64,000 bases of DNA from a candidate division WOR-3 bacterium (GCA_037444665.1 JBBILZ010000003.1:1-64000); one strand, 5' to 3'. Shown: positions 21,721 to 32,847, counted from the stretch's first letter. The notes: a model not told the origin generated them from the sequence alone. A program made the numbers and translations.

Positions 21721-22341
21721 ATGAAACGACTTTTACTCGGTCTGGGTTGCATTGTGCTATTTTTTATTTGCTGTGGTGCACCTCAAGGACCCACATCTGG
21801 TGCTCAACAACAGGGCGTAAATATTGCTTTTAACACACTCAGTGAAACCGAGGTTCAACGTTTTATCAAAGTATTACCGACCTTCATTGACATCGTGGAA
21901 AAAGAAGGACAGGATATTGAACTTGATGCAAAACCCGGTGATATGATGTCGGCATTCCAGGGAATGAGTATGTTGAATAAACAGATTGCTACGCTTGATG
22001 CCAGATTGAGCGCTGCAGGAATGGGCTGGAATGAATTCTGGCCTGCCTATGCAAAGACTATGATTGCCTATGCTGCAATCCTTCTGGACTCACTTAAAAT
22101 TTCAGCCCAGCAGGAAATGGCAAAGAATGAAGCCGAGATTAAAAAGATGGAAGCAAAATTAAATGACCCCAAGATTTCTGAAGCCGAGAAACAGATGATT
22201 AAGGCATCCCTGGATGCAATGAAAGCAATGACCCAGGCATTCACTCAAATGGACACCATCTATGCAAAGGTTCCGCAAATGAATAAAGAGATTGTCAAGA
22301 AATACTTTAGTGAACTCAGCCGGATCCTGGAGCGTGATTAA
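21721..22341 (+). CDS. hypothetical helical lipoprotein
   Basis: Lipoprotein-type signal (FFICC), RBS AAGGGGG, divergent promoter. Confidence 0.75.
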   Translation: MKRLLLGLGCIVLFFICCGAPQGPTSGAQQQGVNIAFNTLSETEVQRFIKVLPTFIDIVEKEGQDIELDAKPGDMMSAFQGMSMLNKQIATLDARLSAAGMGWNEFWPAYAKTMIAYAAILLDSLKISAQQEMAKNEAEIKKMEAKLNDPKISEAEKQMIKASLDAMKAMTQAFTQMDTIYAKVPQMNKEIVKKYFSELSRILERD

Positions 22342-22342
22342 G

Positions 22343-25030
22343 TCAACGGCTTTGCAAATCTTTTAATAACATCTGGGCACTTGTATCATAGGGATTAAAC
22401 CTTAACCAGTCCTGCAAAATTCTTCTTGCTGAACTGGTATCACCGAGATCAAGATAAGTAATAATAAGGCCCATATAACCAGAGGCATTGCGCGGATTTA
22501 GGCGCAATGCCTCTTGAAAATATTCTATTGCCCTTTGATAATCACCATTAGACCTGAATGATTCACCAATCTGAGTATAGATTTGAGGTTCATTGACCTT
22601 TATCCGTTTAAAATATTCTACTGCAGAATCTCGAATTTTTAACTGGTTAAAAATCATCCCAAGATTATAATAGAGCTTCCAGGTCTCAGGACCCAGAGAT
22701 TCAAAGAGCAGGGCTAAACGCCAGGCATCTAAGGCACCTTCAAAATCATTATTATTCTTTTGGAGGAAGCCAAGATAGATCAATGCAATACCATAATTAA
22801 AATATAGTCCCCTTGTATTCTCATCCTTTAATGTTTCAAAGCCGAAAAACTCTCCCTCACCTTTTCTTTTTTCAAAATCCTCAAGTATTTTTGAAAGCAT
22901 ATCATATTTATCCGGTGAAAAAAATCCGGTATAGCGGTAAATGCGGTAAAATAAGTCCTGGGTTCTTTTGACATCAATGTGTTTTGGAAATGGTATGCTA
23001 TCTCCGGTCACGCGGTAAACTATACCTTCTATTTTTAGATAGGACTCAAATCCTTGATAATTTTCATGGTCTACAGTAGAAGAAAAATACAATGGAACCT
23101 TACCTTGATAATTTTTAAGGTATTTCTGAGCAAACTCTTCAGGTTTAATAAAATAATCCTGGCTACTTAATCTCTTACCGGCATTACCCGCAATGATATC
23201 GCGAATCATTATATCTTTTACCAGCATAACCCTGTTATCAGGTGTCACAAAATAACCCTGATTACACAACTTTTTAATTGTCGCAGTATCAAAACTTATG
23301 GGTACACCCCAGTATTTTAAATGGCGGATATACCAGTCAGTATTGATCAGTGAAAGATTTGCTACAATCACATCCCGACGCACACCTAAAACTTCCTGAA
23401 CATACCACAGAGGGAATGTATCATTATCGCCATTGGTAAATAAAATTCCATTGGGTGCGCAAGAAATTAACAGATTATAACCATAATCGCGGGGAATAAA
23501 ATTTTTATAACGGCTGATAAGAGTGTGGTTGAAAAATATGGGAACAATTGAATATATGGTCAAACCTGGAATACACAAGAATATAATATTTCTCTTTTTT
23601 ATATGGTCTAAAAGTCCGAGAATTCCAAATGAAATAAAGAGTCCTGCATATAAAAAACTTGTATGGAAAAAATAATCACGTTCCCTGACCTCTCTTGGTT
23701 GATGTGATGGGTCAGAGTCAGAAGGAGAAAATTTCAGGTTCAAATAACCTACCACACCAATTGAAACAAAAAACATAATCAGGATAAGTAAAATAAATAA
23801 ATTTCGTTCCCTTTTATAGAATTCAAATATCCCATAAAAAAACAAAAGGTAAAAAATTAAAAGAAGAAATAACCTTAAAAGACCATTTAAATATTCGGGC
23901 GCAATTTGTTGAGAAAGATAGCGGACATAGAGTGCAATCTGGTAAAAAACACCCTGGACTAAATTTGCACCCTGTGCCTGGGTCTGTCTTGGTATAATTT
24001 TCTGCACACCATATTGAGAACGATGGAGCACACCAAAAAAAGAAGTGATTGATTCACCGGGTTCATTCATATTGATCCGCGGTGCAATGTTCTTTCCTTT
24101 AAGGTACTGCTCAGTTATAACCTTATCTTGATACATCTCAGTAAGTCTTCTTGATCTCAAAGGAAGGTATAATTGAGAGCTCAAACCAACAAAGACAAGA
24201 GCCATGCCAGTCCAGAAAAATATTCGCTCGCTCCTGGTTGTTGAGCCATTTAATGATAAAATTATTGCTGAAACAATAATTAAAATAAGAATAATCAGTG
24301 CAATAGTAAGGAGATTATCCGGCAGCAGGAACATATAGGCAAAAATGCAAATCTGAAAGATACCGAATAATACAAATAGTCTGTCTTTCAAAAAATCTTT
24401 TTTGACAACAAAGATAAATATATATATCGGAATAAGAATCAAAAAGGGGACAAGGTGAATACCTGTCGCAAGGAAGATTAAATAAAAACTGAGCAGAAGA
24501 AGAAAATTATTTGGTTGGTTCTTCTTTATTCCCTCATACCAGCGAATTACCAGATAATTTATCAGGACAAAAATAAAACTTGCTGCTGCATAAACCTCTG
24601 TTTCTACTGCATTCTGCCAGATTGTAAAGTAAAAAGGTATTGTCAGGGCAGTGAGTGAAGCAGACCAGATACCTTTATAATTTAAACCATTTTTGCTCAA
24701 GGATATTATTGTCAAGAAAATCTTATAAATAAAAAATATTGAACCCAGTGAAAAAAATATTGCAAGCAAGTTCATTTGCCAGCCCACCTCTTTAGAGATC
24801 GGCAATATGCTTGCAATCACCCTGATAATTATCAACCAGACCCTGCCCAGCAACACATAAAATGGTGTGCCTGGTGGATGGGGGATTGCCAGGGTATATG
24901 ATGAAGCAATAAATTCTCCACAATCCCAGAATGAGAATGTTGGTGCAACAGTGAATAAATATACAACCCCGGCAATCAAAAAAACAGCAACTATGAGTAT
25001 ATTCTTTAATTTATTTTCTAAAAATGCCAT
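22343..25030 (-). CDS. DUF2723/TMEM260-like membrane glycosyltransferase with TPRs (paralog 2)
   Basis: FWDCGEFIA..L.IPHPPGTP, EVRERDYFF, FTNGDNDTFPLWY, NLSLINTDWY. Confidence 0.88.
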   Translation of the reverse strand: MAFLENKLKNILIVAVFLIAGVVYLFTVAPTFSFWDCGEFIASSYTLAIPHPPGTPFYVLLGRVWLIIIRVIASILPISKEVGWQMNLLAIFFSLGSIFFIYKIFLTIISLSKNGLNYKGIWSASLTALTIPFYFTIWQNAVETEVYAAASFIFVLINYLVIRWYEGIKKNQPNNFLLLLSFYLIFLATGIHLVPFLILIPIYIFIFVVKKDFLKDRLFVLFGIFQICIFAYMFLLPDNLLTIALIILILIIVSAIILSLNGSTTRSERIFFWTGMALVFVGLSSQLYLPLRSRRLTEMYQDKVITEQYLKGKNIAPRINMNEPGESITSFFGVLHRSQYGVQKIIPRQTQAQGANLVQGVFYQIALYVRYLSQQIAPEYLNGLLRLFLLLIFYLLFFYGIFEFYKRERNLFILLILIMFFVSIGVVGYLNLKFSPSDSDPSHQPREVRERDYFFHTSFLYAGLFISFGILGLLDHIKKRNIIFLCIPGLTIYSIVPIFFNHTLISRYKNFIPRDYGYNLLISCAPNGILFTNGDNDTFPLWYVQEVLGVRRDVIVANLSLINTDWYIRHLKYWGVPISFDTATIKKLCNQGYFVTPDNRVMLVKDIMIRDIIAGNAGKRLSSQDYFIKPEEFAQKYLKNYQGKVPLYFSSTVDHENYQGFESYLKIEGIVYRVTGDSIPFPKHIDVKRTQDLFYRIYRYTGFFSPDKYDMLSKILEDFEKRKGEGEFFGFETLKDENTRGLYFNYGIALIYLGFLQKNNNDFEGALDAWRLALLFESLGPETWKLYYNLGMIFNQLKIRDSAVEYFKRIKVNEPQIYTQIGESFRSNGDYQRAIEYFQEALRLNPRNASGYMGLIITYLDLGDTSSARRILQDWLRFNPYDTSAQMLLKDLQSR

Positions 25031-25073
25031 TTACAAGATAGATGTCGGTTAATTAATAATGGGGCTAACCATT

Positions 25074-25562
25074 TTATAGTCTATCAAGCTGGTCAAACCC
25101 CTGTTTGATTCGTTTATAAGTCTGTACCAGTGCCTCAGAAAGAACCTTTGTCTCGGTCAATACCGGCATAAAATTTGTATCACCCTGCCAGCGTGGAACA
25201 AGATGGTAATGGATGTGGTCAATGAGCCCTGCACCGGCAACCCTTCCCAAATTTAGCCCAATATTAAAACCATCCGGATGCATTGTTTGATTAAGTGCGT
25301 TGATTGCCCTGTTCAGCAAGCGGTGAATCGTGATAATTTCATCGTCATTTAGTCCCTCTACCAGACCAATATGTCTTACCGGTGCAATCAGTAAATGGCC
25401 ATTATTATAAGGATAACGATTCATTATTATAAAACCTAATTCCATTTTTTCAAGAATAAGAACCTCTTCTAATTTTTTATTCTTCAAAGCTGAACAAAGA
25501 AAACATTCGCGGCCCGGATTGCGAATATACTCCATACGCCATGGCGCCCAGAGTTTTTCCAT
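25074..25562 (-). CDS. HIT-family hydrolase (Ap4A phosphorylase-like)
   Basis: LWAPWRMEYI, NRYPYNNGHLL, HIHYH triad. Confidence 0.9.
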   Translation of the reverse strand: MEKLWAPWRMEYIRNPGRECFLCSALKNKKLEEVLILEKMELGFIIMNRYPYNNGHLLIAPVRHIGLVEGLNDDEIITIHRLLNRAINALNQTMHPDGFNIGLNLGRVAGAGLIDHIHYHLVPRWQGDTNFMPVLTETKVLSEALVQTYKRIKQGFDQLDRL

Positions 25563-25565
25563 AGG

Positions 25566-26522
25566 TTAACCAATACGATATTTATTCAATTCACTATCTT
25601 TGACTGGGGCAACCATAACTTTACCGGTCTTTTTCTTTGCCTTGTACCACACCTCTACCTGAGGTTCATCCTTTTTATCACTATATCGTGCAATAATCTG
25701 TGCTGCAATATTTAAAAATTTTTTATCGCCATATAAAAGTCCATTGGGGCTGCCGGTCTCAGGCACATATAATAAAAATACACCGGCATCACTAAATTTT
25801 TCAATCAAACTATTCTCCTCTTCATTCCGTCCCACAATCAGTTTCGTTTCTTCATTCAGTCTGAAATGGCGACCTATTTTTAAAAGTGCAATATCAGTTT
25901 CAGTTATCTCCTCCTGAAATCGCATCAAATCAGCAAGCCTTCGCGAAAAGCCAGGGTCGGTTAATAAACAGCCTCCACCAGGCGTAAAAAATTCTGTAAT
26001 ATTTTTTTCCTGTGCCAATGCCAGGATCGGTCGTCTTGATTTTCCTTTAAATTTTAATAAATTCTCCTTTTTTATCAATCCATTCTTTTCGGGAATGGTT
26101 TGGGGTAAAAGCCCGCCACTCAAAGGCCTTACCACAAGTCCTTCCAGTCCTGCTTTCTTTTCAATTGTAATAAGCATTTCAATACGTTGCGAAAATGGAC
26201 GCTGGTCAACCACCTCACCGGTTACGACAAAATCCGCTTTGCTCTCATCCATATATTCCTTTGCCTTTTTGAGCATTAATATTCTACAATCAACACAGGG
26301 ATTAAGATGCTCACCAAATCCATATTTTGGTGAACGGATAATCTCTATCAATTCTTTGGTTACTTCAACAGTCTTTAATTTCATTTTCCGGGGCAGGGCT
26401 TTTGAGGGCAGGAACAGATGGCTAATATGTAAAGGAAGAACTTTAATGCGCCATTCTTTTACCAATTCCAGGGCAAGTGTAGAATCAAGCCCGCCTGAAT
26501 ATAATACCACTGCCTTTGCCAT
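25566..26522 (-). CDS. PP-loop tRNA sulfurtransferase (ThiI/MnmA-like)
   Basis: SGGLDS, NPCVDCR, TGEVVDQRPFSQ, GGCLLTD, GRHFRL. Confidence 0.82.
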   Translation of the reverse strand: MAKAVVLYSGGLDSTLALELVKEWRIKVLPLHISHLFLPSKALPRKMKLKTVEVTKELIEIIRSPKYGFGEHLNPCVDCRILMLKKAKEYMDESKADFVVTGEVVDQRPFSQRIEMLITIEKKAGLEGLVVRPLSGGLLPQTIPEKNGLIKKENLLKFKGKSRRPILALAQEKNITEFFTPGGGCLLTDPGFSRRLADLMRFQEEITETDIALLKIGRHFRLNEETKLIVGRNEEENSLIEKFSDAGVFLLYVPETGSPNGLLYGDKKFLNIAAQIIARYSDKKDEPQVEVWYKAKKKTGKVMVAPVKDSELNKYRIG

Positions 26523-26523
26523 A

Positions 26524-29202
26524 TTACTCTCCCAGTTCTTTTAACATACTCTGGGCACTTGTATCAGCAGGATTAATCGTCAACCACTGACGAATAATCT
26601 TTTTTGCTGATGCTGTATCATTTTTATCAAGATAGGTTGAAAGCAGAGCCATATAACCCTGGGCATTGCGCGGATAAGCAGTAACAAGGTTTTGAAAGTA
26701 CTCAATCGCCTTATCATATCGTTCCATTGTCCGATAGATCATACCAATCCTTAAAAGAGTTTGCGGGTCATTACTCTTAATCTGTGAAAGCATTACATCT
26801 GCTGAATCATACATACCGAGCTGGGCATAAAGAAGACCGAGGTTAAAGATAAATGGGAATCTCTGTCCGATTTCAAACATCATTGCAAAACGCCAGGCAT
26901 TTATCGTTCCTTCAATATCACCCTTTTGCTGGAGCGCCAGGCCTAAATTGAATAATCCTAATGCATAGTTACTATAAAGCCTTTCTGTATTATCATCCTT
27001 AACAACCTTGAAATCAAATTCACCCTTTTTCCGTTTTTCAAAATCAATGATTACCCTGGACAGAAAATTTATATTTTCAGGGGCAAATACACCACGATAG
27101 CGGAATCTATTGTAAAACATATCTCTTGTCTTTTCTATATCAACATTATAAGGCGTTTCCATGCTATCACCAGTAACGCGATAAACAAGCCCTTCCAGGA
27201 GCAGATACGGGTCAAGCCCTGAATAATTTTCTGGTGAAACAGTAGATGCAAAATAGATGGGCCTTTTGCCTTTGTATCCTTTCAGATATTTCTGGGCAAA
27301 ATCTTTCAGGGGTATGAAATAATCATTCTGTTTCAATTCTATGCCGGCATTTGTTGCAATAATATGCCTGATCATAATGTCCTTTACATAGATTATTCTT
27401 CTATCAGGCGTCATCTGCGGAGTTAATCTCTTTATCACCCATTCGCTAAAACTTATGGGCACGCCCCAGTATTTTAGATGGCGGATATACCAATCAGTAT
27501 TGATTAGTGAAAGATTTGCTACAATCACATCCCGACGCACACCCAAAACTTCCTGGGCAAACCATAAAGGAAATGTATCATTATCACCATTGGTAAAGAT
27601 AACACCATCCTTATCACAGGAGATGAGCATATTTATTCCGTAATCCTTGGGGATAAAATTACCATAACGATTATTTAAATGAAGATTTGTAAAGAAAGGA
27701 ATAATCCCGAATACAATGATTCCTGCCGGTGCACCAATCTTTGCAAAACGATTATTCTTACTCTCCTTCTTTGCCCAGGTAGCAAATGCGTAAAATCCCA
27801 TACCAACGAGCAATCCCCAATAGATATCTGTAGTATGGAAGAAATAATCACGCTCTCTTACTTCTCTTTCCTGGTGTTTGGGATTTGAATCGCTCGGCGA
27901 AAACTTTAAATTGAGATAACCAATCATTGCAAAGGAGAGCATAAACATAATAAACATTAGAAAGATAAAAAGTTTCTTTTCCCGGCGAAAGAGTTCCCAT
28001 ATTCCCCATATCCCGGCACCATAAAATATCGTCAGTAATATCCCGCGCAAAAATCTATTCACACTTTCAGGTGCAATCTGCCATGATAAATATCTGATAA
28101 ACAATGCAACCTGCCAGAAATATCCTTCTATTACACTGTACCCGGTCTTTTCCTGTGTTTTGCGGGGAAGCATATACTGTGGCCCATACTGACGTCTGTG
28201 CAATGCATCGTCAAAAGCCTTAAAACTCTCGCCAGGTTCGCATTCATTAATTCTTGGTGCAATATTCTCTCCCTTGAGATACCGTTCCTGTGCTACTCTG
28301 TTTTTATACAGTTCAGTCAAGCTCTTTGACCGTATTGGTAAATACAATTCTGTTGAAATACCCACAATCACAAGAACTATGGTTGCCCAGAAAAATAACC
28401 AGTTAGCATATTTTCTTGGATTATTCAAGGGCAGGACAATGCCTGCAAGGCATATAATTCCAAGCAGAATGAGCCCGAGTTTATAAAGATTCTCTGGAAA
28501 GATGAAAATCAATAAGAAAAAGATTAACTGAAATAGTCCTGATAATATTATTAACCAATCCCTTAGATAACGGCGTTCAATAATAAAAATAAATAGATAA
28601 GTTGGAATGAAGATCAAAAACGGTGTGAGATGTATACCTGAAGATAAAAATATGAGATAAGAAGAAAGGAGTAAATAAGAATGCCTGGGCTGACCATTCT
28701 TCACACCCTCATACCAGAGTAAGGTCAGATAATTGACCAGCAAGAAGACCGTGGATGCTGCAGCATAAACCTCGGTCTCAATTGCATTTTCCCAGACCGT
28801 ATAAAAAAATCCGACCATCAGGGTAGAACCAAAGGCAACAAGTATCTGAGTAAGTCTATCTTCATCCCTGGACCATAATTTAAATATTTTTAAGAGCATG
28901 CGATAAAAAAGAAATGCATTTAATAGACTAAAGGTAATCGCAATAAGGTTCATATGCCAGGCAACCTCTTTTGAAACCGGCAAAATACTGGCAAACAAAC
29001 CAATAATCATCAACCATACCCTGCCCAGTACTACATAAAATGGTGTGCCTGGTGGATGGGGCACTGCCAGGGTATATGACGAAGCAATAAACTCTCCACA
29101 ATCCCAGAAAGAAAGTGTTGGGGCAACTGTATATAAATAGACAATGCCCACAAAAATTAAAATAACATAAAGAAGAACCCTTTCTAATCTCTTATATTCC
29201 AT
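26524..29202 (-). CDS. DUF2723/TMEM260-like membrane glycosyltransferase with TPRs (paralog 1)
   Basis: Same motif set as 22343..25030; GGAGG RBS. Confidence 0.88.
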   Translation of the reverse strand: MEYKRLERVLLYVILIFVGIVYLYTVAPTLSFWDCGEFIASSYTLAVPHPPGTPFYVVLGRVWLMIIGLFASILPVSKEVAWHMNLIAITFSLLNAFLFYRMLLKIFKLWSRDEDRLTQILVAFGSTLMVGFFYTVWENAIETEVYAAASTVFLLVNYLTLLWYEGVKNGQPRHSYLLLSSYLIFLSSGIHLTPFLIFIPTYLFIFIIERRYLRDWLIILSGLFQLIFFLLIFIFPENLYKLGLILLGIICLAGIVLPLNNPRKYANWLFFWATIVLVIVGISTELYLPIRSKSLTELYKNRVAQERYLKGENIAPRINECEPGESFKAFDDALHRRQYGPQYMLPRKTQEKTGYSVIEGYFWQVALFIRYLSWQIAPESVNRFLRGILLTIFYGAGIWGIWELFRREKKLFIFLMFIMFMLSFAMIGYLNLKFSPSDSNPKHQEREVRERDYFFHTTDIYWGLLVGMGFYAFATWAKKESKNNRFAKIGAPAGIIVFGIIPFFTNLHLNNRYGNFIPKDYGINMLISCDKDGVIFTNGDNDTFPLWFAQEVLGVRRDVIVANLSLINTDWYIRHLKYWGVPISFSEWVIKRLTPQMTPDRRIIYVKDIMIRHIIATNAGIELKQNDYFIPLKDFAQKYLKGYKGKRPIYFASTVSPENYSGLDPYLLLEGLVYRVTGDSMETPYNVDIEKTRDMFYNRFRYRGVFAPENINFLSRVIIDFEKRKKGEFDFKVVKDDNTERLYSNYALGLFNLGLALQQKGDIEGTINAWRFAMMFEIGQRFPFIFNLGLLYAQLGMYDSADVMLSQIKSNDPQTLLRIGMIYRTMERYDKAIEYFQNLVTAYPRNAQGYMALLSTYLDKNDTASAKKIIRQWLTINPADTSAQSMLKELGE

Positions 29203-29257
29203 TAAAACCTCCAGATTTCAATGATAATCAAAAGTTTACTAATGTCAAGTATTGACC

Positions 29258-29280
29258 TGCCTGATGAATCGGGCAACTAC
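29258..29280 (-). repeat. GTAG-type REP-like element
   Basis: GTAGTTGCCCGATTCATCAGGCA on minus strand; matches 49147..49169. Confidence 0.7.
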
Positions 29281-29355
29281 AATTGGGAAAGACAATTAAT
29301 GAACTGCCAGATTATAGACCAGTTGACCCGCTGTGAATTTAGGATATAATAATTT

Positions 29356-30123
29356 ATGAAAAGCAGTAGAGATACCTGGGACAGTTTCTGGGCAAAAAAA
29401 CAACCTCAAATGATTTATCCTCCAGTAACAGATATTATAAAAGAACTCCAGAAATTTATTGATGTGCGGAATAAAAAGATTCTTGAGACCGGTGCCGGAA
29501 CTGGTCGGGATGGTATAAAACTTTCAAGAATGGGCGCAGATGTATGGCTCCTTGACTATTCAGAGATGAGCCTAAAATTAGCCAGACAATACCTGAATAA
29601 TATGGGCGAAGTCAAACTCGTAATGGCAGATGCCTTACAAACACCTTTTAAAGACGAGTCCTTTGATATTGTATTTCATCAGGGCTTGCTTGAACATTTT
29701 AAAGACCCGGGCAAATTAATAAAAGAGAACTGCCGCATCTTAAAAAAAGGAGGGATTCTGCTTGTGGATGTACCACAGACATTTCATCTCTATACAATGA
29801 TTAAACATATCTTAATGCTTTTTAGATTGTGGTTTGCGGGCTGGGAAAGGCAGTTTACAATAGGCTCGCTTGCCCAGATATTAAAAAATCATAATTTAGA
29901 ACCAGTATACTTTTATGGTGATTGGTCGCGGCCCGGCATTGTATACAAAATTATCCGTGAAATACTTTTGCGATTCAAAATTTCATTGCCTATGTATCCA
30001 CGATATTTTGGCAATCTAACAAAATTTTTTTATGGTCTCCAGGGAAAACTCTCCCGGAAAAAACTCTTTTTGTATACAGTCCTTTCCATTGGCATAATCG
30101 CCAGAAAAAAAATAATTGGTTAA
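29356..30123 (+). CDS. class I SAM-dependent methyltransferase
   Basis: LETGAGTG, PFKDESFDIVFHQGLLEH. Confidence 0.88.
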   Translation: MKSSRDTWDSFWAKKQPQMIYPPVTDIIKELQKFIDVRNKKILETGAGTGRDGIKLSRMGADVWLLDYSEMSLKLARQYLNNMGEVKLVMADALQTPFKDESFDIVFHQGLLEHFKDPGKLIKENCRILKKGGILLVDVPQTFHLYTMIKHILMLFRLWFAGWERQFTIGSLAQILKNHNLEPVYFYGDWSRPGIVYKIIREILLRFKISLPMYPRYFGNLTKFFYGLQGKLSRKKLFLYTVLSIGIIARKKIIG

Positions 30124-30134
30124 TTGGGGTCAGC

Positions 30135-30520
30135 TCTTCACACTTCACAACCTCACTTCTTGATACTGGATACTTGATACTCCATTCTTGATACAGGATT
30201 TTTCTGGTCTTTCTCGTCTGTTTAGTTTCTTTAGTCTTTTTGGTTTTATTATTCCCGTTATATTCCCTGATTCCCCTTGATAACCCTTTATCACCCTTTC
30301 AATTATGGATGATACTGCAAGCGAAGCGATACTGCCTCTTTTTGCCCTTTAGCCTTCTTTAACCCTTTTCCGCCCTTTATGCCTCCAACTGCCCACAATT
30401 GCCTTTCCCCTTAATTCCCCCTTATTTCCCTCGATAACCCCTGATTCCCCTTGTTTACGAAATGGGCTTCGTAACCGTTAAACGATTAACGATCTTTTCA
30501 GGGGTATCCCCCTGATGTAT
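30135..30520. repeat. mosaic of degenerate 7-10-mer tandem repeats
   Basis: Pyrimidine-rich runs; block 30273..30339 recurs at 36710..36776. Confidence 0.7.
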
Positions 30521-30612
30521 CTTGTTCCCAAAGTTAAATGATACAATTTTAAGCAGTAGAGCAAAGAACTTAATATGTGATGATTTTTATAATGGTTAAA
30601 CTTTTAAAATAA

Positions 30613-30732
30613 TACCGGGCAATTATGGAATTAAAAAGACTTTCCGGGATTCAGTTTGATAAGGATGTGGTAAAAATATTTTTGAAATCCCTCAAAAATT
30701 TATGGCGTTATAATGGAGAAGTTGTATCATAA
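30613..30732 (+). pseudogene. C-terminal remnant of an HD-GYP domain
   Basis: AIMELKRLSGIQFDKDVVKIFL, preceded by an in-frame stop. Confidence 0.55.
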
Positions 30733-30750
30733 TGTCATTTTTATTATTTT

Positions 30751-30782
30751 ATCATTCCATTATTATATAATAATGGAATGAT
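30751..30782. repeat. perfect 32-bp palindrome
   Basis: ATCATTCCATTATTAT|ATAATAATGGAATGAT. Confidence 0.85.
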
Positions 30783-31273
30783 GGAATGTAGTAATGTATT
30801 AGACCATAAGCAACCCCAATTACAATGATTACAACAATAACAGGTAAGATTACAGTAATTTTTACTATCTGCCATCATTGTTATCATCTTTTATATTTTA
30901 TTGTTATTATCATTATTATTCAAATTCTAAAAGATAATAAAGTCATAGTCCGTCAATCTGGTAATTCTCGGATTGACGGAGTATCAATTTGATCTGGTGA
31001 AGTGATACAGTAGTATCCATCCCTGGCTTGCGCCAGGGTATGCTTTAGATGGAGGATTTTGTTATGCAACAACAAATTCGAAATCCGAAACAAATTGTTA
31101 AAAGGTTAAATATTTAACCATCCACCAATTACCATTTAACCAAATTGACGATACGGGCAGCGAAACCATCTAACAATTAATGACTTCTTCAGGTTTTTTA
31201 TATCTCTGTGGTAGCGTCCAGTTTTAACTGGACGAAAGAGAAAAATCTCGTCCATTTATCCAAAATAATCCCT

Positions 31274-32833
31274 TTACCTCACAATCAATAACTTCTCAGC
31301 CTTTCTCTCTTTTTCACCTTCCAGGATTAAGAAGTAAATGCCAGGATTCAGATCAGACGAATCAAAGTTGTAGTAATATGTAGCCGGTTCAAAAATACCT
31401 TGGGCAATAGATATAACCTCTCTGCCGAGAATATCGTAGAGTGCCAAACTGATGTGCTCTCTCTTTTCAAGGGCATAATGGATAAGGGCATTTCTTGTAA
31501 TAATATTTGGCAGGACATTTAGTTTCAGCCCTTTATTTTTAAGGGCAATGCCGTCCTTATCCTCCTCAATGCCAGTCGGATTGAGGCTGATAACAGTAAA
31601 ATCACCACCAGTAATGCTGTCTCCAGTTTGGCCTGCAGCATAGATATTGCCGTCAAGGCCATAAACAACCGACGATGCTTCCCCTCCTCCCATTGACCAT
31701 CTCTTGTAATTATAAATCCATTGAATCGCCCCTGAATCATTGAATTTATAAATAGTGAAGGCATAATCACCTGCGCTATCAGGAGCCACACCAGCTGCAT
31801 AAATATTTCTATTGTTTTCTGCAATATCTCTAGCATAACTCCAACTTGTATCAATGTAGTTCCATCTAAATGTGCCGGAATCAGAGACACTTTCCACAAG
31901 AAGAAGAGGAATATCCCAACCATAAGCACCAGCAGTATAAAGATTCCCATCATCATCATATACACCACGATTAAAACCGCTCGGGTCAGCAGGACTTATA
32001 TATGCCCAGCGTTCGGCACCAGAGGAATTAAGAGAAATCACAAGCCCCTGACTAAAGACATAACCAGGACCCCAAAGATAACAGGTGCTGCCGAAGATAT
32101 AGAGATTACTATCTTGTCCATAAATAATACATTCACCATAATCATAAATGCCACCAGGACCATTATAAAGATAAACCCATCTCTCAGAGCCAGATGGCGT
32201 AAGTGAGATTACTGTAACATCTGTATTCCATACCGGACCAGTGTATCCAGCGACATAAATATTTCCATCAGGACCATAAGTGATTGAACGACCTGGGTCC
32301 GACTCACTTGAAGGGGTGCTATAAATATATGTCCAGCGCTCATTCCCATTACTATCAAGGCTCACAACCGAAATCTTGCCCTGGGTATGCCCCACTGCGT
32401 AAATATTTCCATCATTTCCATAACATATCTCATTTGCATTACTTGTTCCAGGATACCGGTAAACCCAGCGCTCGTCTCCAGAAGCAGTAAGGCTAATTAC
32501 CGTAAACTTCTGTGAAGAAGTATAGGAACCACCAGCCACATAAATATAACCATCAGCACCATAGCAGATTGAATGGGCTTCCTGACTATCCGGGTGTTGG
32601 TATATCCACCGCTCATTCCCAAAGTTATCAAGGCTGATAACCGTTAAACCCTGGTTAATGCTATCATTCCAGGTATAGCCACCAGCATATAAATTCCCAT
32701 CAGAACCGTAAACAAGGCAATACGCAACATCAGTTTTGTAAGAATTACTACCACTATACCTATAAACCCACCTCTCAATCTGACCGAAGCAAATCGTTGA
32801 AAGGAAAGAGAGTAAAATAATGATTCTTGCCAT
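31274..32833 (-). CDS. secreted beta-propeller repeat (SBBP-like) protein with T9SS-type C-terminal domain
   Basis: Repeats of YG.DGNIYxAG...VISL...G.ERW.Y; LYDILGRE...PGIYFL; RBS GAGGAGG. Confidence 0.82.
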   Translation of the reverse strand: MARIIILLSFLSTICFGQIERWVYRYSGSNSYKTDVAYCLVYGSDGNLYAGGYTWNDSINQGLTVISLDNFGNERWIYQHPDSQEAHSICYGADGYIYVAGGSYTSSQKFTVISLTASGDERWVYRYPGTSNANEICYGNDGNIYAVGHTQGKISVVSLDSNGNERWTYIYSTPSSESDPGRSITYGPDGNIYVAGYTGPVWNTDVTVISLTPSGSERWVYLYNGPGGIYDYGECIIYGQDSNLYIFGSTCYLWGPGYVFSQGLVISLNSSGAERWAYISPADPSGFNRGVYDDDGNLYTAGAYGWDIPLLLVESVSDSGTFRWNYIDTSWSYARDIAENNRNIYAAGVAPDSAGDYAFTIYKFNDSGAIQWIYNYKRWSMGGGEASSVVYGLDGNIYAAGQTGDSITGGDFTVISLNPTGIEEDKDGIALKNKGLKLNVLPNIITRNALIHYALEKREHISLALYDILGREVISIAQGIFEPATYYYNFDSSDLNPGIYFLILEGEKERKAEKLLIVR

Positions 32834-32847
32834 AGCCACCTCCTCGC

